DNA from: the human T2T-CHM13v2.0 reference genome, Homo sapiens | DNA length: 64,000 nt | Direction: 5' to 3' (one strand) | Assembly: GCF_009914755.1 (NCBI RefSeq) | Contig: NC_060934.1 | Shown here: positions 1-14,990 of the stretch, one piece after another | Layout of the letters: each line of letters begins with the position of its first letter | Position numbering within the stretch: position 1 is the first letter of the stretch | Made by a program: the position numbers and the translations under genes | Notes under the pieces: generated by a model | What the model saw: only the letters and a program-made list of their open reading frames with translations | Told to the model about the DNA's origin: nothing | Database searches by the model: none

Positions 1-725
1 ATAAACAAGGGAAAATAAAAAATCCAATAATCAAAATACTGCTACAATTATTATGTGAATAATCTAAATGGCATGCACTAATTTTTTTCCTGCTATTTGT
101 TGACTCAAGGTAGCATATTTTCTTCAATTCTTCATAGATTGCCTTTTCTTGCAAATTAATTTATAAAATTCGTTTATTCCAAAGAGTTCATTTGATAATT
201 ATTTTAATTTCTTCTTGTTTAAAATTAATAGACAAAGAAAAAACAAAACATAATCTTACCTCAAAATTAGAAAAAAAATGAGCAAACATAAAAAAATTCA
301 AATAGTCTTTGTAAACCACATATATTCTCTTCTCCTTCAGGCCCATCATCTTACAATGTTTCCTTATCACTTAGTAGCAAATAGACTCTTTTAGATTCAC
401 ACTAATGCACACTCAATCTCACAGGACTTGTTATTTCAATGTGCTCCAATGTTTCTTATACAATTTACTTCTAATAAACCTTACTTTCCTCTCTCAAGTT
501 AGAATCAAAATCAGTGGTCATAAATTTTATAAATCTTTTAAGGTTTGATAATCTCTGGTAATCAAATTACTATCATTTTAAGTAGCATTCTTTAACTGCT
601 TCCTAAATCCACATTCAGTTCTTATCTCAAAATTACCTAAAGCTATTAAATGTATTTGATAATATTCTTCATAACATTTCAAAAGTAATTTCTTTTTTAT
701 TTTACTGAAAGAAACACAAAGATAG

Positions 726-1106
<381 letters not shown>

Positions 1107-3038
1107 TCACCATGGATCTCTAGAATCCTATTTGTGGGAGATACCATGACGCCTACAGACATCTGAGCTGGAAGAGAGAATTGCCTGTAGAAATGGTTAA
1201 GGCAGAACTCCAGCCTGCACAGAGCCAAGAAGGTATGCCCTTGGAACAGCTGCAGTGGAGCACGACTATGGGTATCCATCCCCCAACACTCACTATACTC
1301 TCTAGGCAACTTTGGCCTCTGATAGCTGCCAGACCTGGACAGAGTTGGGCTATCTTACCTGTGGGACAGAGTCAGTTAGATCTGAGTACCCCACAGTCTG
1401 CTGGTTTCTCCCAGGGTCCCTGCCTTGCTATACCTACTTGCAGCACAACTTCAACTTGCCAGCGGCCACCACCATAGTACTTTTGCCAGCAGATCCCACC
1501 TACCCATTAGAGCACTTTTACAAATGGATCCCTGCCAATGCATACTCCCTTCATGGTCTCATCGGCATGCATTTGTTGGCAGCCCCTTTCAGAGTGTTGT
1601 TGCCAGCAGACTGGAAACATATTGACCCCTCCAGCACAGCAGTGGCTTAGCCTCAGGGGCTAGAGAACAAAGCTACAAGGCCTGCTCCCATTGTCCTAGG
1701 GACACACAGTCCAGGAGTGCTGAGCTGAGCCTTGGCCCTGTGAAACATCCAGAAACAAAGCCAATTCACTAAACCCAGCTTATACCACAGTCAAACCTTC
1801 AAGGGTATCAAAGAAGGTAAAAGCAAAAAGCCCCATCCAAAAGACAGCAAATTCAATGATTAAAGGAACTTCAGCCCACAAAGAGGAGAAAAACCCTATG
1901 CAAGAACTCTGGCAACTCTAAAGGCCAGAGTAGCTTCTTACCTCCAAAATATCACAACAGCTCCTCAGCAATGTTCTTAGCCAGACAAAAATGGCTGAAA
2001 TGACAGACATAGAATTCAGAATCTGGATGGCAAGAAAGCTCATCACAATACAGGAGAGGGTTGAAATCTAATCCAAGGAAAACAGTACAACTGTCCAAGA
2101 GTTGAAAGATGATGTCACCATTTTAAGAAAAAAACAAAATGAACTTCTGGAAAAAAAATTGTTTTCAGTAATTTCACAATGACTTTTGAATCATAAATAA
2201 TAGAAGAGACCAAGCTGAGGGAAGAATATCAGAGTTTGAAGAACAGTCATTTGAATTAATGCAGGCAGACAAAAATAAAGAAAAAAATAATTTTTTAAAA
2301 AAATAAGCAAAACCTTTAAGAAATATGAGGTTATATGAAGAGATGAAACTAATAAACATAGGATAAATTGCCATTCCTGAAAGAGATAGCGAGAGAGCAA
2401 GCAAGTTGACAGAGAAAGAGTAGACACATTTGAAGATATTGTTCACATAATTTCCCCCATCTCACTAGAGAGATCAACATGCGTATTCAGGAAATTTAGG
2501 GAACCCCTGAGGGATACTATATAAGAAACCATCACCAAGACATAGATAACAGATTCTCCAAAGTCACTGCAAAAGTAAAAATTCTTAAGGGCAGCTAGAG
2601 AAGGAGCAGGTCATATACAAAGGGAATCTCATCAGTGGACATTTAAGAAAAAATCTTACAATCAAGAAGAGATTAGAGGCTCATATTCCGTGTCCCTTCA
2701 GAAAATAAATTCCAACCAAGAACTTTATATCCAGCCAAATGAAGTTTCATAAGCAAAAAGGAATAATATCCTAATCAGACAAGATAATAATAAGGCAATT
2801 TATTACCACAGGACCTGCTTTTCAAGAGGTCCTCAAAGGAGTGCTAAACATGAAAACGATAGATCATTCACAGTCAATACAAAAACAAACTGAAGTACAT
2901 AGACCATTGACAATATAAAACAACTATACCATCAAGTCTACGTAACAAACAGCTAACAACACAATGACAGGATGAAATTCTTACATATCAGTAGTAACCC
3001 TGAATGTAAATTGCCTAATGCTGCATTTAAAAGCTACA

Positions 3039-3340
3039 GGCCATGTGCGGTGGCTCACGCCTGTAATCCCAGCACTTTGGGAGCCCGAGGCCAGTGGGCC
3101 ACCTGAGGTCAGGAGTTTGAGATCAGCCTGGCTAACATGGTGAAACCCTGTCTCTACTAAAAATACAAAATTAGCTGGATGTGGTGGCATGCGCCTGTAA
3201 TTCCATCTACTCGGGAGGTTGAGGCAGGAGAATCACTTGAACCTGGCAGGGCGGAGTTTGCAGTGAGCCGGAACTGCACCACTGCACTCTAGCCTAGGCA
3301 ACAAAGTGAGACTGTCTGAAAAAAAAAATAAAAAATAAAA
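3039..3340 (+). mobile_element. Alu (AluS) inserted in L1 ORF2
   Basis: Alu consensus, A-tail, TSD aaaagctacag/aaaagccacag. Confidence 0.93.
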
Positions 3341-3600
3341 AAGCCACAGAGTGGCAAGTTGAAAAAAAAATCAAGACCGAACTGTATGCTGTCTTCAAGA
3401 TATCCATCTCACAAGAAATTATACCCATAGGCTCAAAGTAAAGGATGGAGAAAGATCTATCACGCAAATGGAAAACAATAAAGAATAGGAGTTGCTATTC
3501 ATATTTTACTCAAAACTGACTTTCAACCAATAACAAGCAAAAGGGACAAAGGAGGGCATTACATAATGATAAAGGGTTCAATTCAATGAGAAGATATGTA

Positions 3601-3623
3601 TACACACACACACACACACACAC
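3601..3623. repeat. (CA)n microsatellite followed by A run
   Basis: Direct reading. Confidence 0.9.
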
Positions 3624-4587
3624 AAAAAAAAAAAACATTGCAGCACCTAAATTCATAAAACAAGTTCTTACAGATTTACAAAGAGACTTAAATAACTACA
3701 CAATAATAGTGGGAGACCTCAACACCCCACTGACAGTGTTAGATCATTGAGGTGGAGCACTCACAAAGATATTCAGGACCTAAACTTGACACTTGGCCAA
3801 ATAGACCTAACAATCACCTAAAGAATACTCCACTCAATAATTGACTGTACTTTCTTCTCCTCTGCACATGGCACATATTTTAAGATTGACCACACACTCA
3901 GCCATAGAGAAATTTTCAAACAAATTCAAAAAACCTGAAATCATACTAACCCCACTCTTGGACCACAGCACAATAAAAATAGAAATTAATGTTGAGATTT
4001 CTCAAAACCATACAATTACATGGAAATTACGATTTCTCAAAACCATACAATTATATGTGACTGGAGGAGTCGCTATGGGTTCTTTCACTTGACCAACCCT
4101 TTCTTTGCCAGGGGCAGAGAATGTAAAGGGGGTAAATTTATTGTCCCAAGGGCACTGCAAAAGTAAGCTTTCTTTCTATCTATCTGCTGAGGCCTCTTCT
4201 CTAGCTCCTTGCCTCTGTTCATGTCTATTGTTTTGGAAAAGGATGGTCTCTTTGTCTCAAGGCTGTGTGATACAGTCATCTCCAGTTAGGATTGACACCT
4301 TTTTCTTTCTTAATAGTGTTTGGCGTTAATTACAGGTAGTCGGGAGCCCTCTCATGTGCAGAACATCTGGTAGATTAACCTGCCAGTCTGGGTGGTTATA
4401 CTGCTTTCTAAATTTCTAAGAACATCTTTCTTTTTCTTTCCTAAAGAATTCTGCAGAATTATTTGACAATATATGTATGGACCATGTTTCCTTGTGGTGT
4501 ACACTCTGTTTTGGTTTATCTTTTTAAATCAAGTGTCTGTTTGGGAGGAGATAAAGATATTTAGTCTATTAGATTTGCTCCGCTGGA

Positions 4588-4884
4588 TTTTTTTTTTTTT
4601 TTTGAGACAAAGTCTTGCTCTGTTGCCCAGGCTGGAGTGCAGTGGCACAACCTCGGCTCATTACAAGCTCCACCTCCCGGGTTCACGCCATTATCCTGCC
4701 TCAACCTCCTGAGTAGCTGGGACTACAGGTGCCCACCACCACGTCTGGCTAATTTTTTTGTATTTTTAGTAGAGACAGGGTTTCACTGTGTTAGCCAGGA
4801 TGGTCTTGATCTCCTGATCTCATGATCCGCCCACTCAGCCTCCCAAAGTGCTGGGATTACAGGGGTGAGCCACTGCACCTGGCC
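4588..4884 (-). mobile_element. AluY
   Basis: polyT, AluY diagnostics (caagctcc, gggttcacgccatt, ttagccaggatggtc); TSD gctggatttttt on both sides. Confidence 0.92.
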
Positions 4885-7800
4885 CAGCTGGATTTTTTAA
4901 AGTGTAATTAGATTAGCTGTCTTATTGTTTATTTAGTAAGATTAGTCTATTAATTAAAGTTTGATAATTAAAAATGAAACAAAACAGCCTGCTCCTGAAT
5001 GACTTTTATGTGAAGAATAAAATTAAGGAAGAAATCAAAAAAAATTTGAAAGGAATAAAAATAAAAATACAACATATCATAATCTCTAGGACATAGCTAA
5101 AGCCACACGGAGAAAGTTTATAGTGCTAATTGCCTGCATCAAGAAGTTAAAAAGATATCAAATTAAACACCTAACATAACATAAAGGAACTAAAAAAAAG
5201 AGAGCAAACCAACCCCAAAACAAGCAGAATAAAATAAGTAACCAAAATCGGAGATGAATTGAATGAAATCAGATGCAAAAAATTCATACAAAATATCAAA
5301 GAAAACAAAAGTTATTTATTTGAAAGAATAAACAAGATTGACAGACTACTAGTTAGATTAACAAAAAAAAAGAGAGAAAATACAAATAAACACAATAAGA
5401 CATGAAAAGTTGACCTTACCACTGAAATACAGAAAATCCTGATACACTATTTTGAACACTTCTATGAACACAGACTAGAAAATCTAGAAGAAGTGAATCA
5501 ATTTCTGTAAACATACAACCTCTCAAGATTAAACCAGGCCAAAATCAAAATCCTGAAAAGGCCAATAATGTGTTTCAAAATTGAATCAGTAATAACAAAC
5601 CTACCAGTCAGAAAAAGCCCTGGACCAGATAAATTCACACTGCAATTCTAGTAGATATATAAAGAAATCCTGTTAGCAATCCTACTGAAATTATTCAAAA
5701 AAATCATGGAAGAGGGAAACCTCCCTAACTCATTCTGTGAGGCCAGCATTACCCTGATACCAAAATCTGGCAGAGATACAACAAAAAAGAAAACTTTAGG
5801 CTAATATCCTTGATGAACACTGATGTAAAAGTCCTCAACATAATACTAACAAGCTGAATCCAGCAGTACATCAAAAAGCTTATCCATCACGATCATTTAG
5901 GCTTCATCTCCAGGATGCAAAGTTGGTTCAACACAGGCAAATAAAGTGATTCATCACATGACAGAACTAAAGGCAAAAACCAAATGATTATCTCAATAGA
6001 TGCAGAAAAGGCTTTTGATAAAATTGAACACCGCTTCATGTTAAAAACTCTCGATAAACTAGGGATTGAAGGAAATACCTCAAAATAATAAGAGCTATCT
6101 ATGACAAACCCACAGCCAATATCATACTGAATGGGCAAAACCTGGAATCATTCCCTCAGAGAATGGGAACAAGACAAGGATGCTCACTCTCACCACTCTT
6201 ACTCAACATAATAAGGGAAGTCCTAGCTGGAAAAATAAGTAAAGTACATCCAATTAGGAAGAAAGGAAGTCAAACTATCTCTGTTTATGGATAACATAAT
6301 TTCATACCTAGGAAAATCCTATAGTCTCTGCCCAAAGGCTCTTAGAACTAATAAACAGTTTCAGTAAAGTTTCAGGATACAAAATCAATACATAAAAATC
6401 AGTAGCATTTCTTTACCTCAATAATATATAAGCTGAGCACCAAATCAAGAATGCAATCACATTCACAATAGCCAAAATAAAAGACTAAAATATTTAAGAG
6501 TACAGCTAACCAGGGAGATGAATGATCTCTACAACAAGAATTACAAAACACTGTTGAAAGAAACCAGAGACAACACAACAAATGCTTATGGATAGAAAAA
6601 AATCAATATTGGTAAAATGGCATACTAGCCAAAGCAATTTACAGATTCAATGTTATTTCTGTTAAACTACCAATGTCATTTTTCACAGAATTAGAAAAAA
6701 TATTCTAAAATTCATATAGAACCAAAATAGAGCAGAAATCATCAAAGCAATCCTAAGCAAAATGAACAAAGCCAGAGGCATCACAATACTCTACTTGAAA
6801 CTATACTACAAGGCTACAGTAACTTAAAAAGTACTGGGCTGATACAAAGACAGACACATAGACCAGTGGAACAGGTAAGGAAGCCAGAGATAAATCCACA
6901 CATTTATAACCACCTGATCTGCTACAAAATTCACAATAACAAGTAATGGGGAAAGGAATTCCTATTTGACAAATTGTGCTGGGGTAACTGGCTAGTCATA
7001 TGCAGAAGATTGAAATTGGACCTCTTCCTTACACCATATGCAAAAATCAACTCAAGATGTATTAAATACTTGAATCTCTAAAGATGTGAGTAAGACATCA
7101 AACTATAAAAATTCTAAAGGAAAACCTATAAATTACCATTCTGCATATAGGACCTAGCAAAGATTTTGTGATGAATTCTCTAAAAACAATTGCAACAAAA
7201 ACAAAAACAAAAAAGCAAACAGGACATAATTAAACTAAAGAGTTTCTGCATAGCAAAGGAAACTATCAATAGAATACATAGACAACGTACAGAAAATATT
7301 TGCAATCTATACATCTGACGAAAGACTAATATCCAGAATCTATAAGGAACTTAAATCAAGAAGCAAAAAACAACCCCATTTAAAAAATGGGCAAAGGACA
7401 TGAATGGATGCTTCTCCAAAGAAGACATACCAGCAGCCAACAAGCATATGGAAAAATGCTCAACATCACTAATTATTAGAGAAATGCAAATCAAAACCAC
7501 GATGAGATACTATCTCACACAAGTCAGAATGGCTGGTATTTAAAAAGTCAGAAAATAATAGATATTGTCAAGATTGCAGAGAAAAGGGAGGACTTATACG
7601 CTGCAGGTGGAAATAAAAATGAGTTCAGCCTCTGCCAAAAGCACTGTGGAGATTTCTCAAAGAACTTAAAGCAGAACTACCATTTGACCCAGCAATCCCA
7701 TTACTGGTTATATACCCAAAGGAAAAGAAATTATTCTACCAAAAGACATATGAACTCTTATGCTCCTCACAGCACTATTCACAAAAGCAAAGACATGGAA

Positions 7801-8653
7801 TCAACCTAGATGCCCATCAATGGTGGATTGAATACAGAGAATGTGGTGTATTTATTCCATGGACTAATGAGCAGCCATAAAAAAGAACAAAATCATGCCC
7901 CTTGCAGCAACATGGATGGAGCTGGAGGCCATAATCTTAAATGAATTGATGCTGGAACAGAAAACCAAATATTTTCGTGTTCTCACTTATAAGTAGGAGC
8001 TAAACATTGAGTACACAGGGACACAAAGACGGGAACATTAGAAACTGAGGCCTTCTTGAGTTTGGAGGGTGGACGAGGATGAGGGTCAAAAAACTGCCTG
8101 TTAGGCACTATGCTTACTATGTGGTTGATGAAATCATTTGTACACCAAACCCCAATGATTCACAATTTACCAATATAAGAAATCTGCATATGTACCCCAT
8201 GATCATAAAACACAGGTTGGAATAGGAAAAAAAAGAAAAAAAAAACAATTGTCACATAAGTAAATATTATATTGAAAACATTGTTATTTTCCTTTCCTAA
8301 AACATTCTTTCCCTTCACCTTAGTTTGACTTACAGTCATCAAGTCTTAGCATGAATATAATTTTCTTCATGATACTTTCTGAGTTGTTATTTATCATTAA
8401 TTGTATATGCAACATTCTCCCATAGTACTCTCAACATCTCTTGTTTTTATCATAGTAGAATATCATTGCTTGCTATCAAACAATCTCCATTTAGCAAAAG
8501 TCTGAGAAAGAGAAGTGGGATTGCTGTCTTTGTCATCATTGTATATCAGCACATTACTTTGCTCGGTAAACACTTTCAAGGATAAAAACAGTATCCAACT
8601 TAACTAAGTAATATATATTTTTTTAAATTAGCAAACAACATCTGGGTTAAAGT

Positions 8654-9612
8654 TAGTAGGGTGGTAGTAAATGTTTATTAACTGGCTACTAAAAAATATG
8701 TTTATTATAAATTTGGAAAAAACTATCATATTCATTATAAAAGATTATTATAAAGTGTTATATTTTGTTATAAAATGGAAAGTATATTAATACATGTGCA
8801 TTCATTATAAATTTTACTGAATAAAAAGCATAATATGATTTAACAAAAATAACGTCTATAATACTCTTTACTGTAAATTGCATAGAGCTAATTGATACTT
8901 ACAATTGGCTTTCATTGTTCCTGCCAGATAATTGTATTCATAGAGAAACTACTGTTACAATTAATGAACACATGTAGTTTTGGTAAGAATACTGGTTGAT
9001 ATTCCCCTTTACATTAATTAGTAAGACAAAGGAGAAGTACTATGCCAGAATGTCTCTTGTCCACCAATGACGTGAATGACTTATTTATGAATCAGAGAGT
9101 AGTTCTAGGATATTGAAATAAAACTTTTTGTGTACATTATTCAAAATGTGATTGCTGCAGACACAACATACTTTTGTTTTTAACCTGTATTATAAATAAT
9201 TTTTCCTCATGATAGGCTTAATTCTGAATAAATAACAAAATAGAAAATTAAGCCCCCATTTAAAGAGTTTGCCAGTTTGTGTACTGTAAGTACTCCCACT
9301 GTTGCCAATTTCAAGCTTCTGATGTTGTCTCTGCATAAAGTTGGGAGAAGTAGCATACCATTACATAGTATTTTCACCACTCAGGTATGATGAACATAAG
9401 TAACCTCAGAAGCATAAATAATTGCAAAACATAAAATAATTAAAACAATAAATTTTAAGTATATATTTAATTTTTAAAATATAATTTATTAAAATATGTT
9501 TATATAATATAATTTTAATAATGGTTAAGTTTTAAAATCAGCTCAGAAACTTCCTAAAACTTTAACAATTAGCTCTGGTTGGGTGGTATATGCCAGCTCC
9601 AGCACATCGATG
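8654..9612 (-). mobile_element. MER63 (C/D-like) hAT-Blackjack non-autonomous DNA transposon
   Basis: Degenerate TIRs (tagtagggtggtagtaaatgttt... / ...gccagctccagcacatcgatg) and internal tactcccact...aatttcaagct...gttgggagaag matching the reverse MER63 consensus as recalled. Confidence 0.72.
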
Positions 9613-10027
9613 GAAATCATTACATATCTGTAATTTTAATAGAGTGAATTCAATTATCATTGAAGTATTTACTAATTGTACTATGCTATAGTTAATCTGA
9701 TTAGTCCCCCAAATACTGTTCCTTTTATTTCTAAAAATATGTCATTCCCATGTATTTACCAATTCAGAAAATCTAAATTCTAAAAATCAGGGATTTTTGA
9801 AAGCATAGTCTTAAAAAATAATTTTCTTTTATTCTCTTTGTCTCTCTTTGTTCTGTTTTCCTTCCTTTCTTCTTTCATTAATTTATAGAATCTCTTTGAA
9901 AATAAGTTCTTGGTTTCCATGACAATACAGGAACACACAATAGTATTCATACAGTTTAAAAGTTTTAATGCTCCCACTCAACCTCTTCTGTGTTATTACT
10001 GTAGACCTGTTAACCTGGAAAATCAAA

Positions 10028-10433
<406 letters not shown>

Positions 10434-10673
10434 CCAAAATTATTTTTAAAAATTAAGTTACTCACTTATCATCAGAGTTCTTTAAAACATTAATTATATA
10501 ATTAGATATCCAAAAATCTTACCTCTTTACTTAAACCATTTGGAGCCTCAGTTGAGGTTTCCAAAGCACTGATCATTTCCCTCAGTTTTGTTGGCTGTCA
10601 GTGTTGTAATAAAAATACCTCCTATATTGTATGTATATGGCAATTTTAATGAAATTTTAAAAATTGAGATAGA

Positions 10674-10978
10674 GGCCAGGTGTGGTGGCTCATGCCTGTA
10701 ATCCTAGCACTTTGGGTGGCCAAAGCAGGAGGATCATGAGGTCAGGAGTTCGAGACTAGCCTGGCCAACATGGTGAAACCCCATCTCTACTAAAAATGCA
10801 AAAAAATTAGCTGGGTGTGGTGGTGCATGCCTGTAATCCCAGCTACTTAGGAGGCTGCGGCAGGAGAATTGCTTAAACCTAGGAGGCGGAGTTTGCAGTT
10901 AGCCAAGATCGCATCACTGCACTCTAGCCTGGGCGACAGAGCAAGATTCCATCTCGAATTAAAAAAAAAAAAAAAAAA
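10674..10978 (+). mobile_element. Alu (AluSg-like)
   Basis: Full Alu, polyA, TSD aaaaattgagatag. Confidence 0.93.
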
Positions 10979-11168
10979 TTGAGATAGGGATTTAAGGTGA
11001 TTCTAATGATTCAAGGTGGTTCTTTGAATGCAGGGATCTTGAAAAGTTAACCATTGTTTGATAAGCAAGTTGTTCAGGTGAACAAGCTATTATTCGAATA
11101 AATTAATTTTCAGAAATTTCATGAAGTAAAAAGTGAAGTTACTTGTTGATTAAAAGTCACATCTTCTT

Positions 11169-11463
11169 GCAGGGCATGGTGGCTCACGCCTGTAATCCCA
11201 GCACTTTGGGAGGCCAAGGTGGGCGTATCACGAGGTCAGGAGATCCAGACCATCCTGGCTAACACGGTGAAACCCCGTCTCTACTAAAAATACAAAAAAA
11301 TTAGCCGGGCGTGGTGGCAGGCGCCTGTAGTCCCAGCTAATCAGGAGACTGAAAAGCAGGAAAACGGTGTGAACACGGGAGGCAGAGGTTGCAGTGAGCC
11401 GAGATGGCGCCACTGCACTCCAGCCTGGGCAACAGAGCAAGACTCCATTTCAAAAAAAAAAAA
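11169..11463 (+). mobile_element. AluY
   Basis: accatcctggctaacacgg diagnostic; perfect 17-bp TSD aaaagtcacatcttctt. Confidence 0.93.
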
Positions 11464-14179
11464 AAAAGTCACATCTTCTTAAGAATTTATTTGATAAAAT
11501 AGTGAAGTCACGTTGACAAAGGTGACCTTCATTATTTATCCTGATAGTTAATCTGTATAGGTAAAGATGGTCTCCATTTTCATCAGCAAAACCCAATTAA
11601 CTGGTACCAGGCAAGTCAAGTAATTAAAAAAATTTGCTTAGATTAAAGTTGAAATTAGAAGTAGTGACCAGATCAGTGTAAAACAGTATGTGTTTAAATG
11701 AATTCTTTCTAATCCCTTGAACAAGATTTCAATTTTCTTTACTCTAGGATTCCACATATGACTGAATACTATTTTTTAAGAGGTACTATTTCTAAGTTTT
11801 AACAAACACTTCAGAAGTTAGAGATCAGTGACAATCTTAATATATCATGGGTTGCATATTCATGAGTAACATTGTAAAGCTGAATATATACGTGGAGATT
11901 GTGGCTCTAATTGAGCAATGAATTCTGTATGTATAATGTTATTATTTTTAATCTTTAGTTTTTTCTCAACAGATTTTCCCTACAGCATGTCAGGCTTCTG
12001 TGAATTCATTTCATATACAAGCAATTATAAAATAATGAAATAGGAAGGAGACTTATCATTGCTTTGCAAATTTCTTCCCAAGTAAAATTTCTTTTTATAT
12101 TCATTCTGCATGTCAAAATCGTGTATATTTTGCATAGAGCCCTAGAAATATCAAGGATCCAAGACTAGAATAGATCAATACATTGTAAAAATTCAGATTA
12201 AAATCAAAACATATCACTGAAGGCAGACTAATAGTTTTATACTCCTTCAAGCAAATATTTATTTTAAACTATTTAGTATGTATCTAAAGGAGAAACTGAG
12301 TTATTTTGAGAGAAAGGGTAGAAAGAAAAGCCTAAAATAGCACATGTAGTCAGAGTAGCATCACTTTCCCAGAGAAATTCAGTTCTGGATTCAAAATTGA
12401 ACCCCAATTCAGCAAAATAACACAGTAATATCCAACGTTACCAGACTGATTTTACTAGAAAGTTGTTTAATATACTCTGTTTCTATATAAGTTCCTGTGT
12501 TCTTATCCCTCATTCATGCAGATTATTTGAGAATACCATTAAACATGGATAAAATTATTCTCAAATATATTTTTATTATCCCATCATATACTGCAATATT
12601 TTAGCATCGTTATGAACACAGGAACCTGCACTACTGACAACCTCACTATTGGGTCTGTTGCAAGAAGAGATTCCACAGTTATCTCATTTTTTGGACACTA
12701 GCACATTGCCTTATATCCTGTGAATGGTTAAGGAACACAGTGCAAACTCAAACTACTTATTTTAGAGAGAATGAAAGTAAGTCAATAAACACAGACTTTG
12801 CTTTCCCACAATTGAACCACAGTAACCAGAAAGCACAGTGCATGACACCATTTAGTAACTTGCCTAGGGTTTAAGGAAGAGAGTCTCAGGAACAATTATT
12901 TAAATTACATAGATATTAAAAATTAAAAGTAACAAAAGAACTAAACATTCCATCAGCTAAATTGTTTACCAGACCTTTGCCAGTAGATGCCAGATATTAT
13001 CACTCTTTCAGTTAACATGATTTATATCTAAAAGAAGAACTGTTCAGCTATTTCATGATTTGTATCATTTAGTCATTGCTTTATTGTAAAATTCACACGT
13101 TATTCTTAACCATTTGATTTGTGTTCAGTGATAATAGTATAAATTTTAGAAATATAGCCTAGTAATCATTTTAGAGTGCTACTTTTAGTATTTATATTTC
13201 ATCGTATTTTGTTCAAAAAAAATTTACTAGATTAGTCATTTAAAGATTTCAGAAACCTGAAAGTACTGAGCAAGCACTCTTCCAGTGCTTCCTAAAGAGC
13301 CTTCTTCTTAGACATAGTCTCCTTAACTATTGAGCATATTTATAAGTATCTAGCTATACCATGTCTGTCATATATTAGTATATTATATTTAAGTTTTATT
13401 TATATAACTATGATGAATTAATATGTCCTAAGTTCAGTTAATAATTGAACGTGTAAAAACACTTAGCTATTGAGTCACAGTATCTATATAGATGTTAGCT
13501 ATTATTTCATCAAAGGACTAAAATATGGTTTTCATTCAATAGTGAAGTCTCCCACTGTACTTAATATCTTGTTTAATTTGCTAAAAGTGGGAATGTGGCT
13601 CACACATAAAGTTTTAGAAAAACATCTGTATTACAAAATTAAGCTTGTTTGTTTTACCAGATCTTGGAGTAAAATATAAAATCCATAAAAAGCAATCCAT
13701 CAAAACATCTGGTATTTAAATAAATAAATGAATAAACAAGCAAACAAACAAGAAAAGCAAACAGCTAAATAAGACATACATGAATCTTAGTGAAAACAGA
13801 TATTCAATAATTTTTTAAAAACAATTTATAAATTAAGAGATGGCAAATGTCATGTCAGAAATACTTATTTTGGCTTTATTATTTACACAAATATAGTATT
13901 TAGCAGTTAATAGATAATTTGGTGAAATTAAACAAATTTTTTTCAGTAGTATCAGGGAAATCAGTCACTAAAACACTTTAATATGGCACATAAACTCACC
14001 ATAAACTGAGCTTTGTCCAATTCCCTGGCCAAATGTTGAACAAATGTTTTCTTTTTCACTAGATGTATGTTAAGGAGATGAAAACATTCCTATATCTTTA
14101 GTATAATATCATTTTTTATGGAAACTTTCATCAGCCTGCTTTGAACTGCACTTATGCATGAATCCTGATTCTCTGAATG

Positions 14180-14292
14180 AACATCTTTGAAGGCAAAGTG
14201 TCAGTCTCCCTCAAGGACCCAAGTTCAGTTCCTAGGGCAATTATTTGGCAAAAGGTGGACGCTCCATATCGAGACTTGAATGAATGCATGAA
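14180..14292 (+). mobile_element. L2 3'-end remnant
   Basis: ctttgaaggcaaag...cctagggca...ttgaatgaatgcatgaa. Confidence 0.5.
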
Positions 14293-14334
14293 ACTTCTGT
14301 TCAATAGATCATTTTCTCGCTTTTGCTGATTGCT

Positions 14335-14787
14335 TAGTATATTGTTTAAGATGTAAATGTTTGGCTGTGAAAAACTTCAACCCCAACAAGCTTTGGCTCC
14401 ACTAAATAATCAGTTTATTTTCCTCACTTTAGAGTTCAGTGGTCCAATTCAGAACAGAGATCCCACAATCCTTACCGACAGTCAGGTTCCTTCAACTTTA
14501 TACTCTGCCATCCTTAATGTATAGGACTTTCCCTCAAGCTTACAAGAGTGCTCTGGCTCCATTAGACATCAAGCTTTTAATTAAGATAGGAGAAGGCTGA
14601 GGCTGATGGGGAAAAGAAAGGATAACAGGAGCAAGTCAACAGGACCAATTCCTTACTTTTTCAGCTTGGAGCCCCACCTTGTAACTCCTTACATCTCCTT
14701 GACCAGAACTGTGTCTCATGACCTGTTCTATATGCAAGCCAGTCTGGGGTGGTGAATTTTTACTACCAGGCAAAAAATGAAACTGAT
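14335..14787 (-). mobile_element. Old MLT1 (J/K-like) MaLR LTR
   Basis: caggttccttc...ctctgccatcctt...cttacatctccttgaccagaactgtgtc motifs. Confidence 0.55.
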
Positions 14788-14990
14788 TGATATGGTTTGG
14801 CTGTGTCCCAACCCAAATCTCAACTTGAATTGTATCTCCCAGAATTCCCACACGTTGTGGGAGGGATCCAGGGGGAAGTTATAGAATCATGGGGGCCTGT
14901 CTTTCCCATGCTATTCTTGTGACAATGAATAAGTCTCACAAGACCTGATAGGTTTATCAGGGGTTTCTGCTTTTGCTTCTTCCTCATTTT
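14788..14990 (+). mobile_element. THE1A LTR, 5' half only (abruptly truncated)
   Basis: TGATATGGTTTGGCTGTGTCCC...ttgtatctcccagaattccc...gcttcttcctcatttt then non-LTR sequence. Confidence 0.9.
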
